A program made the translations under genes and the position numbers. Of a stretch of DNA of 64,000 nucleotides, positions 37,764-51,000 are shown piece after piece. This stretch comes from Heterodontus francisci (taxonomy: Eukaryota). The DNA lies in assembly GCF_036365525.1 (NCBI RefSeq), contig NW_027141174.1:7440001-7504000 (forward strand). The letters run 5' to 3'. Each line of letters starts with the position of its first letter. The stretch's first letter is position 1. The notes below the pieces were generated by a model. It was not told the origin of the DNA, did no database searches, and saw nothing but the letters and a program-made list of their open reading frames with translations.

Positions 37764-38187
37764 TCGTTGTGCAGCTTTTCCAGGAGCACAGGCATTGCGA
37801 GCGAGAAGTGAACAGCTGGGAAGTCAATTTCATCGGGAGTTTCGGTGGAGCAGGGACTGCTGGGTAAGTAGAAACCTATATATTTGGGCTGTGTAAATTC
37901 TCTTACCTTTTCGTTGTGCAGATTTTCCAGGGGCACAGGCATTGCGAGCGAGGAGTGTACAGCTGGGAAGTCAATTTCATCGGGAGTTTCGGTGGAGCAG
38001 GGACTGCTGGGTAAGTAGAAACCTATATATTTGGGCTGTGTAAATTCTCTTACCTTTTCGTTGTGCAGCTTTTCCAGGAGCACAGGCATTGCAAGCCAGG
38101 AGTGAACAGCTGGGAAGTCAATTTCATCGGGAGTTTCGGTGGAGCAGGGACTGCTGGGTAATTAGAAACCTATATATTTGGGCTGTT
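37764..38187 (+). repeat. 147-bp tandem monomers (x2.9) forming the CR1 5' UTR
   Basis: Units start TCGTTGTGCAG at 37764, 37911 and 38058 and are near-identical. Confidence 0.95.
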
Positions 38188-41100
38188 TCTGAACCCGAGG
38201 CACTACTCTTGCAGTGTCTCCCACCCGCCCTCCTCCTCTTACCAAAAGAAAGGACTCAGTTGTGTGTAGGTAAGGTAAGACTTTTTCTATTTCTCTTCTT
38301 GTTTTATCGTGTGATTGGTTAAAAACTTGGGAATTTAGAATAGTGGGAATGGAGGTTAAGGCAGTTGAATGTTCCTCCTGCAGAATGTGGGAGGTAAGGG
38401 TCGCCAAGGGTGTCCCTGCTGACTGCATCTGCGGGAAGTGCACCCAGCTCCAGCTCCTCGAGGACCGCGTTAGGGAACTGGAGCTGGAGCTGGAGGAACT
38501 TCGGCTCATTCGGGAGGCGGAGGGGATTATTGAGAGGAGTTATCGGGAGGCAGTCACACCTCAGGTAAAAGAAGAAGGTAGGTGGGTTACCGTCAGGGGA
38601 AGGAGAGGGAACCAGCAGGCAGTGCAGGGATCCCCTGTGGCCGTTTCCCTCCACAACAGGTATACCGTTTTGGATTCTGTTGGGGGAGACGACTTACCAG
38701 GGGTAGGCAATGGGATACAGGTCTCTGGCACAGAGTCTGTCCTTGTTGCTCTGAAGGGAAGGGGTAAGAGGAGCAGAGCATTAGTCATTGGGGACTCCAT
38801 AGTTAGGGGAACAGATAGGAGGTTTTGTGGGAACGAGAGAGACTCACGGTTGGTGTGTTGCCTCCCTGGTGCCAGGGTACGTGATGTCTCGGATCGTGTT
38901 TTTGGGAACCTCAAGGCGGAGGGTGAGCAGCCCCAAGTCGTGGTACACATAGGCACCAACGACATAGGTAGGAAGAGAGATGTTGATTTAAGGCAGAAAT
39001 TCAGGGAGCTAGGGTGGAAGCTCAGAGCGAGAACAAACAGAGTTGTTATCTCTGGGTTGTTGCCCGTGCCACATGCCAGCGAAGCCAGGAATCGGGAGAG
39101 AGAGGAGTTGAACACGTGGCTGCAGGGAGTGTGTAGGAGGGAGGATTTCGGTTTCCTGGATAATTGGGGCTCTTTCTGTGGTAGTTGGACCTCTACAAAC
39201 AGGATGGTCTTCACCTGAACCAGAGGGGTACCAATATCCTGGGGAGGAGATTTTCTAGTGCTCTTCGGGGGGGTTTAAACTAATTCAGCAGGGGGATGGG
39301 AACCTAAATTGTCGTTCCAGTGTGCAGGATGTTGAGAGTAGTGAGGTCAGGGATAAGGTTATAAGGACACAAGAGGGCACTTGCAAGCAAGAGCTTGGTT
39401 TAAAATGTGTCTACTTCAACGCCAGGAGCATCCGGAATAAGGTGGGTGAGCTTGCAGCATGGGTTGGTACCTGGGGTCTCGATGTTGTGGCCATTTCAGA
39501 GACATGGATAGAGCAGGGACAGGAATGGATGTTCCGGGTTCCGGGATTTAGATGTTTCACTAAGAACAGAGAAGATGGTAAAAGTGGGGGTGTGTGGGGT
39601 GTGGCATTGTTAATCAAGGAAAGTATTACAGCTGCAGAAAGGACGTTTGAGGACTCGTCTACTGAGGTAGTCTGGGCCGAGGTTAGAAACAGGACAGGAG
39701 AGGTCACCCTGTTGGGAGTTTTCTCTCGACCTCCAAATAGTTCCAGAGATGTAGAGGAAAGGATAGCAAAGATGATTCTTGACAGGAGCGAGAGTAACAG
39801 GGTAGTGGTTATGGGGGACTTTAACTTTCCAAATATTGACTGGAAATACTATAGTTCGAGTACTTTAGATGGGTCTGTTTTTGTCCAGTGTGTGCAGGAG
39901 GGTTTTCTGACACAGTATGTAGACAGGCCAACCAGGGGTGATGCCACATTGGATTTGGTACTGGGTAATGAACCCGGCCAGGTGTTAGATTTAGAAGTTG
40001 GTGAGCACTTTGGTGATAGTGATCACAATTCGGTTAGGTTTACCTTAGCGATGGGCAGGGACAGGCATATACAGCAGGGCAAGAATTAAAGCTGGGGGAA
40101 AGGAAATTATGATGCGATTAGGCAAGATTTAGGATGCGTAGGATGGGGAAGGAAACTGCAGGGGATGGGCACAATCGAAATGTGGAGCTTATTCAAGGAG
40201 CAGCTACTGCGTGTCCTTGATAAGTATGTACCTGTCAGGCAGGGAGGAAGTTGTCGAGCGAGGGATCCGTGGTTTACTAAAGAAGTTGAAGAGCTTGTCA
40301 AGAGGAAGAAGAAGGCTTATGTTAGGATGAGACGTGAAGGCTCAGTTAGGGCGCTTGAGAGTTACAAGCTAGCCAGGAAGGATCTAAAGGGAGAGATAAG
40401 AAGAGCAAGGAGAGGACATGAGAAGTCATTGGCGGATAGGATCAAAGAAAACCCTAAGGCTTTCTATAGGTATATCAGGAATAAAAGAATGACTACAGAT
40501 CGGTTAGGGCCAATCAAGGATAGTAGTGGGAAGTTGTGTGTGGAATCGGAGGAGATAGGGGAAGTGTTAAATGAATATTTTTCGTCAGTATTTACAGTGG
40601 AGAAAGAAAATGTTGTCGAGGAGAATACTGAGATTCAGGTTACTAGGCTAGATGGGATTGAGGTTCACAAGGAGGAGGTGTTAGCAATTTTGGAAAGTGT
40701 GAAAATAGATAAGTCCCCTGGGCCAGATGGGATTTATCCTAGGATTCTCTGGGAAGCCAGGGAGGAGATTGCAGAGCCTTTGTCCTTGATTTTTATGTCG
40801 TCATTGTCGACAGGAATAGTGCCGGAAGACTGGAGGATAGTAAATGTTGTCCCCTTGTTCAAGAAGGGGAGTAGAGACAGCCCTGGTAATTATAGACCTG
40901 TGAGCCTTACTTCGGTTGTGGGTAAAATGTTGGAAAAGGTTATAAGAGATAGGATTTATAATCATCTTGAAAAGAATAAGTTCATTAGAGATAGTCAGCA
41001 CGGTTTTGTGAAGGGTAGGTCGTGCCTCACAAACCTTATTGAGTTTTTTGAGAAGGTGACCAAACAGGTGGATGAGGGTAAAGCCGTGGATGTGGTCTAT

Positions 41101-41506
41101 ATGGATTTCAGTAAGGCGTTTGATAAAGTTCCCCACGGCAGGCTATTGCAGAAAATACAGAAGTATGGGATTGAAGGTGAATTAGTGCTTTGGATCAGAA
41201 ATTGGCAAGCTGAAAGAAGACAGAGGGTGGTGGTTGATGGTAAATGTTCATCCTGGAGTATAGTTCCTGGTGGTGTACCGCAAGGATCTGTTTTGGGGCC
41301 ACTGCTGTTTGTCATTTTTTATAAATGACCTGGATGAGGGTGTAGAAGGGTGGGTTAGTAAATTTGCGGATGACACGAAGGTCGGTGGAGTTGTGGATAG
41401 TGCCGAACGATGTTGTCGGTTACAGAGGGACATAGATAGGCTGCAGAGCTGGGCTGAGAGATGGCAAATGGAGTTTAATGCGGAAAAGTGTGAGGTGATT
41501 CACTTT

Positions 41507-41593
41507 AAGAACATTACAGCGCAGTACAGGCCCTTCGGCCCTCGATGTTGCGAGGACCTGTGAAACCATCTGACCTGCACTATTCCATTTTCA
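41507..41593 (-). mobile_element. ~87-bp antisense copy of the same CR1 family's 3' end, inside RT
   Basis: Reverse complement matches 42244-42330 with a few mismatches. Confidence 0.9.
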
Positions 41594-43819
41594 AATGGAT
41601 GGAGTAACAGGATTGCAGAATACGGGGCTAATGGGAAGATTCTTGGTAGTGTAGATGAACAGAGAAATCTTGGTGTCCAGGTACATAAATCCCTGAAAGT
41701 TGCCACCCAGGTTAATAGAGCTGTTAAGAAGGCATTTGGTGTGTTAGCTTTTATTAGTAGGGGGATCGAGTTTAGGAGCCACGATGTCATGCTGCAGCTG
41801 TACAGAACTCTGGTGCGGCCGCACCTGGAGTATTGCGTGCAGTTCTGGGCACTGCATTATAGGAAGGATGTGGAAGCTTTGGAAAAGGTGCAGAGGAAAT
41901 TTACTAGGATGTTGCCTAGTATGAAGGGAAGGTATTACGAGGAAAGCCTGAGGGACTTGAGGTTGTTTTCGTTAGAGAGAAGGAGGAGAAGAGGTGACTT
42001 AACAGAGACATATAAGATAATCAGAGGGTTGGACAGGGTGGATAGTGAGAGCCTTTTTCTTCGGATGGTGATGGCAAACACTAGGGGACATAGCTTTAAG
42101 TTGAGGGGTGATAGATGTAGGACAGATGTCAGAGATAGTTTCTTTACACAGAGAGTAGTAGGGGCGTGGAACGCCCTGCCTGCAACAGTAGTAGACTCGG
42201 CAACCTTAAGGGCATTTAAGTGGTCATTGGATAGACATATGGATGAAAATGGAATAGTGTAGGTCAGATGGTTTCACATGTCGGCGCAACATCGAGGGCT
42301 GAAGGGCCTGTACTGCGCTGTAATGTTCTATGTTCTATGTTCTAAGGCTTGTCACAGCATTTAAAAGAGTCTGTACGGATAGGCCAGGATTTACAACCAT
42401 AGCCACAGATGATGTGGATATCGGAGAATCCGTTCCTATAAAACAACATCCTTAACACTTAATTCCAGAGAAACAGGCCCAGGTAAAAGCAGAAATCCAG
42501 TACATGCTGGAGAACCACGAAATAGAACTCAGTCACAGCAGCTGGAGTTCACCAGTCTAAGCTCAGCCTAAACAGAACTGCTCAACCAGATTTTGCATAG
42601 ACTACAGAAAGAGTTAATTCAGTAACAAAGGCAGACCCCAACCCAATTCCTGACTTGGAAGACTGTATTTACAGAGTGGGCAGTGTCATGTTTCTTTCAA
42701 AAACAGATTTGTTAAAGGGATACTGGCAAGTTACTTTGCCACACTGAGCTATAGAAATATCGGCTTTTGTCACACCGGATGGTCTTTTCCAATGTTAAGT
42801 GATTCCATTTAGGCTGGAAAAATGCCCTACAGCATTTCAAAGATGAATGATCCAACTGGTAGCCAGTTTCCCTAACTGTGTATGTTACCTCGACGATGTG
42901 CTGGTCTATAATGACACTTGGAAGGACCACCTGCAGCAACTAGAAACTCTGTTCAAAAATAAACATTGCAAAAAAGTGAATTCGTAAAAGCGAGATTGGT
43001 CTATCTCGAGCATGTACTAGGCCAAGGAACCACACAAGTACAGGTATTGGTGGAGTTCCCTACACCTAAGACTAAGCGAGAAATCGTGATGTTTTGGGGG
43101 ATGTTGTGGTTTCTACGGAACGTTGCTTTTACCAAATTTTAGTACCATAACTGTGCCACTGATAGATTTACTGCAGAAAAAAAAGAAAGCCAGCGTAGTT
43201 TGATCATGGGAGTGCCAAGCATCCTTTGAAAGGCTGAAAGCCATTTTGATTACTGAAGCCGTGTTGTCTGCTTTGAATTGTATTCCGACCTTCAAGGTGG
43301 TAATTGGTGCTAGTGACCTAGCGGTCAGTGCAGTCATGTTGCAATATGATAAAATGGGAATAGAAAGGCCAGTGGGATACATTTACTAAAATCTAAATTC
43401 GCATCAAAACGATATTCTGCAGTGGAAATAGGAACCTTAGTTCTATTATTGGCTCTGAAGCATTTTGAAATGAATGTCCACCACGGCAACAGAGAGACAT
43501 TGATAAATACTGATCACAACCTCCTAACCTTTGTGGAAACAAATATCAGAATGCCAGGTTATTCCAATGGATTTTCCTGTTGTAACATTATCACTTAAGG
43601 ATTATTAACATTGCAGGTGAAAATAATGTTATTGGAGATGTTTTATCGAGAATCGAACTTTGTTCAAATAATTGAATGAAAAGAGAGTATGGAATAGAAT
43701 TTTATTGACTGCAAAAAACGTTTGAATGGGTATGGGTTTTAAAATGTGTTTTCTATTTTTCCTACACGTTGCACCGAAATGCAAATAAAAATCATGTTTC
43801 ATTCCTCCGAAGATGGAGG

Positions 43820-44849
43820 TGTGATGAAAATTATTCTGTTTTGTTAAAAATATTTTAAAGGTAGTTATAGTTAATCTGAATAAACGTCAAAGCATTTTTT
43901 ATAAAGGAAGCCTTCAATGGGACGCTGAGGGATCCGGATTGGCAACAGTGTTGCTGGTTGTCACATAGTCTGGGTTGGAAATGCAGCAGAAACCCTGGAA
44001 ACGGGCAGAAACATGACAAGCACTCATTCGCTTGGACAAACCCAGTAGTAGCAGAGCACGTGGGATGGGCAGAGAAAAAATAACTGACAATCTTTTGTTG
44101 TCAGTCAGTGTGTTTGTGTGTTTTACCTTCTCGAAGGAGATAATATCAAGTGCTGCTGAGGTTTTTAAAAAGGAGAGAAGATCACAACCCAACTCACTTT
44201 CCAGAACCTCCAAAGAAAACACCCCGTGATATCCATTGTGTCCATTCCTCATGTTTCCTGTATTTGGAGAAAACTTGCTAAAAATAATTCTCAACGTTGT
44301 CTGAAAATAACTGATATGGACGATTCCCGTGACCTGTCTGCATGTCCTCGGAGGTTGGACTGTGTGCCAGATTGATGCAGCATTTCTCATATGCTGTTTG
44401 CCTTCATTGGTGGGCAAGTGATCTGCCCACGTGTTTTTGTCTGTAATAGTGCTCTGTTCCAAAAATCCTTCATATTTTTCCTTTTCGGTTAATTGAATTA
44501 AATCTATTGAATCTATGTGTTGTGTGTGAGTGTGAAGGGACTAAGTTAAAAAGGGACTTTAACATTTACTTAAAGTAGAAAGGGGACTTTTAAAAAATGT
44601 AATGTTGGATTTTTAAAATATTGATCTATGTGATACTGCTTTACTTCTCTACTATTTAAGACTTGTTTTATAATACATGTTTTTAAATGTTGTTGTTCAG
44701 TAAAGAGACCTGGTTAGTGTGTTCCATTATGGGAAAGTAGTATATTTGATTGACAATTTCGGTAATTGGGAATATTTTCCAAAAATGTTGTGACTGGTGC
44801 AGAAATAAGACTGAATTAATAGTGTAGTCCTCCCACCTTAGTCGTAACA
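43820..44849 (+). mobile_element. 3' LTR of gypsy element 2
   Basis: Polypurine GAAGATGGAGG followed by TGTGATG...GTCGTAACA. Confidence 0.75.
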
Positions 44850-44851
44850 CA

Positions 44852-46400
44852 TCTTATATTTACATAGCGCGTTTAACATAATAAAACATTCCAGGGCGCT
44901 TCACAGGAGCATTATCAAACGAAATGTGGCACGGTGACACAGAAGGAAATGTTAGATTAGCTGAACAAAAGCTTCATCAAATAGTTTGTTTTTAAGGAAT
45001 GATGGAAACGTGGACAGCCGGAGATGTGCAGGGAGACAATTGCAGACCCGAAAGCCTGGTCAACTAAAGGTGTGGCCACAAATGGCAGGGAGTTTAAAAT
45101 CAGGGTTTCTCAAGAGGATAGGATTAGAGAAGTGCAGATATATGGCAGGGTTGTGGTGCTGGAGAAGTTTTCGGAGATAAGGAAGGGCGAGACCATGCAC
45201 GGATTTGAAAGCAAGGGTGAGAATTTTAACATCAAGACTTTGTTTGACTGGGTGTCAATGTAGGTCAGCGAACACAGGGGTGAGAAGGGAAAGGGAATTG
45301 ATGCGAGCAAAGATACAGGCAGCATACTTCTGCATGACCTCAAGTTTTTGGACAGTAGCATGTGGGAGATCAGCTCGAAGCGTGTTGGAATAGTTAAGTA
45401 AAGATGTAGCAAAAGCATGAATGAAAGTTTCAGCAGCAGATGAGCAGAGCGCGGGGTGAATTCGGGCAATGTTATGGAGGTGTAATTAAGTGGTCTTAAT
45501 GTTGAAGTGAATATGAGCTCAGAAGCTCACCTCAGGGTTAAATGTGACGCCAAGACTGTGAACAGACTGTTGTCATGGAGCAGGATGGGCTCAATGTCTA
45601 GGGAAAGGGGCTTGAAGCAGGGAACAAAATCAATGTCTACAGTGTTTCCATTATTTATTTTGAGGATTTGTTTTGCTCATCCAGTACTGGATGTTGTTTT
45701 AATCGGACGGGTAACTTAGCAACGGTGTAGGAGTCGAGTGTGGTTTGCCAATGTAGTGCTGGGTGCCGTCAGTATACATATGAAAATTCATGCTGTGCTC
45801 TTGGGTGATGTCATTGAGGGGCAGTATGTATTTAAAAAATATGAGGGGTCAAGGATCGATCCTCAGGGAACAACAGAGGTAAAAGTGCAGGAACAGGAAC
45901 AGAGGATTTTGAAGGTGATTATCTCGCTCCGACTGGAGAGTTAAGAATGGAACCAGGTGAGTGCAGTCCCACCCAACTGGACGCAGTGGAGAGGCGTTGG
46001 AGGAGGATGGTATGGTCAACCGTGGCTGCCGCCAGGTCGAGAAGGACGTGTGGGGGGGGGGGGGGGGGCAGGTTTATATTTTTCAGTGTCACATGGGATG
46101 TCATTTGTGACTTTGATGTGAGCCGTTTCAGTCCAGTCAAAGGGGTGAACACATGACCAGAAGGATTCAAACTTGCAGTTCCAGGGAAAATAGGATCGGA
46201 TTTGAGAGGCTATAGCTTGTTAAAGCACTTTGAACAGGAAGGGGAGGTTGGAGATAGGGAGGTCGTTTGTTTGGACAGAGGCGACATGAGTTGTTTTCTG
46301 GAAGGGAGGCTGCTGATGACAGATTTGAAGGAGAGAGGGACAAAACCTAAGGAGAGAGAACCGTTATCAATATCAGCTAACCTGCGGACCAGGAAATGTC
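44852..46400 (-). mobile_element. L2 LINE 3' portion, decayed
   Basis: VLLDLAAATVDHTILLQRL RT motif; L2-type 3' end CCTGTGAAGCGCCCTGGAATG..GCGCTATGTAAAT. Confidence 0.8.
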
Positions 46401-47051
46401 TTGGTTACATTGATCCAAGCAGACGCCAAGCTGAGGAGTCAGGGATGTTGAATCCTGTGCCCAGACCGAACCAATTCCCGCGCCCCAGCCCCGTCTCCCC
46501 AACTGAGCCCAATAGCGCTTTTTTTCCAGAATAGAAACTCCCATCAGTCCCACCCTTTGAGTTGTGGAGGGAGAGAGAGAGATGACAGTGATCAGAAATG
46601 TGGGTGGGGAGGCAATATGAAAGGAGACAGCCACAATATAGTGTTTCCAAAAAAAAACAATCTATTCACAAGAAGATTTCCAGAATCTGCAGCATTTTGC
46701 TTTTGCAGGGGGGCTCTGAATCTCTACCTGGTTCCTTTCTCCCTCCGCCATTCTTTAAGTCCGCTCCTCCATAGCTCAAAACTTCCCTTTGGCCCACTGC
46801 TCCTTGGCGTGTGTGACTCCTCCTGCCAGTGTACATTCAGTCCTCCAACTGTCAGCCAACATGCACAGCGCTGGCAGTTCTTTTGTGCTTTTCACTCCTC
46901 CTGGCCTTTTCCTTCTTCTAGTCCGGTGATCTCCTCATGTCCCTTACCTGCTGGATCTTCGTGACTCCTGATGTCATTCATTTGATAGAAGTATAGAGAT
47001 TAATATCACATTCAGTAAATGGAAACACTGGGGCCGGCCCCTGGATTGCTC

Positions 47052-47962
47052 TCAGTTGTTTTGCTTGTTCATTAATTGAATAATTGATGCAACTGGATAT
47101 TTCATTGCATTTTTGACCTGCTCTCTGAATTTCGACTGAATCGCCAAATAAATAAACGTGTTTATGCAGCAACTTAAAGTCCGCAACATAAACCCAAATT
47201 CTCCAAATATGTATTCAGAATCGGTGTAATCGCTATGATCTGTTCCTGTAATGTTATAATATAAGAAATCCATAACATACACCAACCACAGAAGTATGAA
47301 GCTGCCAGATATGCTGAAGAGTAAAATCATAGATTTCCTTCTGCTCTCCATCTCTGGATCAGTGTGATTTTCTACCCTGCTCTGACACTTCAGTCCCTTC
47401 CGGACTCGACTGGCCACTAAAACGTGTCTGATTGTCAGAGCGTTGAGCAACAAAACTAAAGTGAATGGGAGCAATGGAGTTAAAACCACAGCAAACCAGT
47501 CAAATCCCACCCATCCGGGTGCAGTATAATAGCTTGGATTTCGATAACAGTCCCATGGCACGTTGTCAATTATCTCTCTCGGTTCAAATATAAAGTAGAA
47601 GGGAACGTTTTTTAAACAGAGAACAATGCAGCTTGTTGCGAGAACCACAGCTGCAGTTGTCTTGGTGCAATATTTTGTTTTTAGCTTCTGGCAACAAATA
47701 GCCACAAATCGATCAAAGGAGAAAGTGACAGTGAACCAGACAGAGCAGTCTGTGCATGCACGACTTAGGACAGCAATAACACTACACACAGGCGTGATGT
47801 CCAGGAAAGATCCCGGGAAATAATAATAACTGATCCGCCACAGGATGACTTCAGAGATAATGACCAGCAGATCCGCCATTGCCATGGCCACCAGGTAGCG
47901 AGTGGTGCAGGTGGAGAGTCCGCACTTTCCCCGGGACAGCAAGCCAATCGCCAGTAAATTAA
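47052..47962 (-). CDS. Exon 2 of an intact GPR139/GPR142-like class A orphan GPCR (325 aa total)
   Basis: Pyrimidine tract plus TCATATAG|TTAATTTACTG acceptor. (V)NLLAIGLLSRGKCGLS; TM2 LVAMAMADLL; TM3 SVWFTVTFSFDRFVAIC; TM5 PLLPFTLVLLLNALTI; TM6 ILLFSISGSFILLW; TM7 SCCINTFIY; helix 8 SKFREQV. Open to the TGA. Confidence 0.93.
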
Positions 47963-48059
47963 CTATATGAAGGAGAAGAAAAAAGAAAAAAACGGTAAAG
48001 TAACTGGTAAAACATTCCCTGTGTCTGATCCAGACAGTAAGGTCTGGATTTTAGCACCA

Positions 48060-51000
48060 ATAATGGTAATTGACACACACTCAATAATTTTTTTTTACCG
48101 TGACAAATACTCCCAGTAATACATGGTCACTGGGTTCAGATGTTCCTCTCCGGTTAGTGACCCACACGCAGAGCAGTTCTGCAGTGAGAGATGGTGCGAA
48201 GATAAATGGCCACTGGAGTCAGGTGTTTCACTCTGGTTAGTCACCAACAGTCACTAAAATTCTACAGTGGCGGGCATGTTCATTAATACATGGTCAATGG
48301 GATCAGGTATTCTACTTAACTTAGTGACCCTCATCGCAGTAAAATTCACAGCAATAGCTACTTCCACTAATACATGGTCACTGGGATCAGGTGTTTCAGT
48401 CTGCTCAGTTACAGACACTAACTGAAATTCTACATTGACAGGTACACCTAGTATTACATTGCCACTGGGTCCAGGTGTTCGACTCCGGTTAGTGACCCAC
48501 ACTCAGTACAATTCTGCAGTGACAGATAGTTCCAGTAATACATGGCCACTGGGATCAGGTGTTCCACTTCAGTTAGTGACGTACAGTCAGTGCAATTATA
48601 CAGTGAAAGATACTCACAACAATGCATGGTCACTGGGATCGATGTTCTGCTTCGTTGAGTAACCCACACTCATTACAATTCTTCAGTGACGGATGGTCCC
48701 AGCGGTACTGGCCACTGTGCTAAGGTGTTTCACTCTGGTTCTTGACTCACACGCAGGACAGTTCTACAGTGACCAATACTCCTAGTAATACATGTTCACT
48801 GGGATTAGGTGTTTCTCACTGGTTGATGACTCACACTTAGTACAATTCCACCGAGACAGTTACTCTCAATAATACATGGACATAGCGATAATGTGTTGCT
48901 CTCTGGTTAGTGACTCACACAGAATAACATTATCCAGTGACCAACACTTTCAATCGTACTTGGCCAGGGAGATCAGTTGTTCCTCTGCAGTTCGTGACCC
49001 ACTCTCAATGCAATTCTACAGTAACAGATCCTCCGAGTAATGCTTGACCACTGGGTTCAAGTGTCCCACACCGGTTTCTGATGCACACACAAGGCAATTC
49101 CTCATTCATAGATTCTCCCAGTGATTATCTGTGCTGCTTCGTTTCGTGCTGCACACACAGAACATACCGGCAGTGAAAAATAAAATAATTAAAATATTAA
49201 AATAATTCAATGTGATCAGCTGTTACACTCCAGTTAGTGAGCCACACTCAGTACAGTTCCACAGTGACCGCTACACCTATTAATACCTGATCACTGTGGT
49301 CAGTCATCCATCCTAGTTCGTGACACAGCCATTCAGCAGAATTCAGCAGTGAAAGATACTTCCAGATATACAGAGCCTCTGGGATCACGTGTACAGCTTT
49401 TGTAAGAGACTCAAACTCCGTTCAATTCTATACCAACGATATCCCCAGTGATACATGATGACTGGGCTCAGGTGATCCACTCCTGTCAGTGATGCAAACT
49501 AAGGACAATTCGATAGTAACTGATACTTCTGGTAATACCTGGTCACTATGGTCAGGTGTTCAACCCCGTTTGGTAACCCACACACACAAATATTCTGCAG
49601 TGACAGGTATTCCCAATGATACATGATCACGGGTGTCAAGCGTTTCACTCTAGTTGGTGACCCACACACAGTGCAATTCTACATTGTCAGATACGCCCCG
49701 CAATATATACTCCCCTCAAGTAGGAATGGCTTTGTGAGGGGCAGGTCATGCCTCACAAGCCTTATTGAATTCGTTGAGGATGTGACAAAACACACTGCTG
49801 AAGGAAGAGCAGTGGAGGTGGTGTATATGGATTTTTAGCAAGGCGTTTGATAAGGTTCCCCATGGTAGGCTCATTCAGAAAGTTAGGAGGCATGGGATCC
49901 AGGGAATTTGGCTGTCTGGATACAGAATTGGCTGGCCCATAGAAGACAGAGGGTGGTTGTAGATGGAAAGTATTCAGCCTGGAGCTCGGTGACCAGTGGT
50001 GTTCGGCAAGGATCTGTTCTGGGACCTCTGCTCTTTGGGATTTTAATAAATGACTTGGATGAGGAAGTGGAAGGCTTGGTTAGCAAGTTTGCCGATGACA
50101 CAAAGTTTGCTGGAATTGTGGATAGTGGGCAGGGCTGTTGTAGGTTGCAACGGGACATTGACAGGATGCAGAGCTGGGCTGAGAAGTGGCAGATGGAGTT
50201 CAACCTCGAAAAGTGTGAAGTGATTCATTTTGGAACGTCGAATTTGAATGCAGAATACAGGCTTAAAGACAGGATTCTTTGCAGTGTGGAGGAACAGAGG
50301 GATCTTGGGGTCCAGGTCCATAGATCGCTCAAAGTTTCCACACAAGTTGATAGGTTTGTTAAGAAGGCGTATGGTGTGTTGGCTTTCATTAACAGGGGGA
50401 TTGAGTTTAAGAGCCGCGAGGTTATGCTGCAGCTCTATAAAGCCCTGGTTTGACCACACTTGGAATATTGTGTTCCGTTCTGGTCGCTTCATTATAGGAA
50501 GGATGTGGAAGCTTTAGAAAGGGTGCAGAGGAGATTTACCAGTATGCTGCCTGGACGAGAGGACATACGAAGGATGGTTGAGGGAGCTAGGGCTTTTCCC
50601 ATGGGAGCGAAGAAGGATGAGAGGTGACTTGATAGAGGGGTACAAGATGATGAGAGGCAGAGATAGAGTGGATAGCCAGAGACTTTTTCCCAGGGCGGAA
50701 AGGGCTATCACCAGGGGGCATAATTTTAAGGTGATTGGAGGTAGGTTTCGGGGAGATGTCAGAGGTAGGTTATTTGCACAGAGAGTGCTGGGTACGTGGA
50801 ATGCACTGCCAGCGGTGGTAGTAGAAGCAGATACATTAGGGACATTTAAGCGACTCTTGTATAGGTACATGGATGATAGTAGAATGAAGGGTATGCAGGT
50901 AGTTTGATCTTAGAGTAGGTTAAAGGGTCGGCACAACATCGTGGGCCGAAGGGCCTGTACTGTGCTTTACTGTTCTATGTTCTGTGTTCTATATTGTCAA

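Larger units (their letters stand above)
37764..42344 (+). mobile_element. Full-length, recently inactivated CR1 LINE
   Basis: 5' monomers; ORF1 from ~38349 (CxxC zinc finger, coiled coil, SGNH esterase VIGDSIVRG/HIGTND; frameshift ~39190). ORF2 APE-RT 39322-42262 has a TAA at 40087-89, a frameshift at ~41320 and an insert at 41507. Tail (TGTTCTA)x3; TSD AAGG/AGG at 37760-63 and 42344-47. Confidence 0.97.
36480..44849 (+). mobile_element. Gmr1-like Ty3/gypsy element 2, decayed (gag-PR, integrase deleted, RT-RNaseH, 3' LTR)
   Basis: SCAN-like gag ETLRERILLEEFKNSLP; PR ILRDTRAIQ; QQEDPTR|LVTAFKRVC continuous across the CR1 insert; RT FCIDYRK, DLLKGYWQV, YLDDV; RH end NVIGDVLSRI (~43650); purine tract then LTR. 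Confidence 0.85.

Noticed and set aside
37658-38089. 143-aa ORF with 49-aa repeats
   Set aside because: Antisense reading of the 147-bp CR1 5' monomers.
47052-47942. 296-aa single-exon GPCR starting at TTG
   Set aside because: It lacks half of TM1. The acceptor at 47963-64 and exon 1 at 52211-52277 complete the gene.
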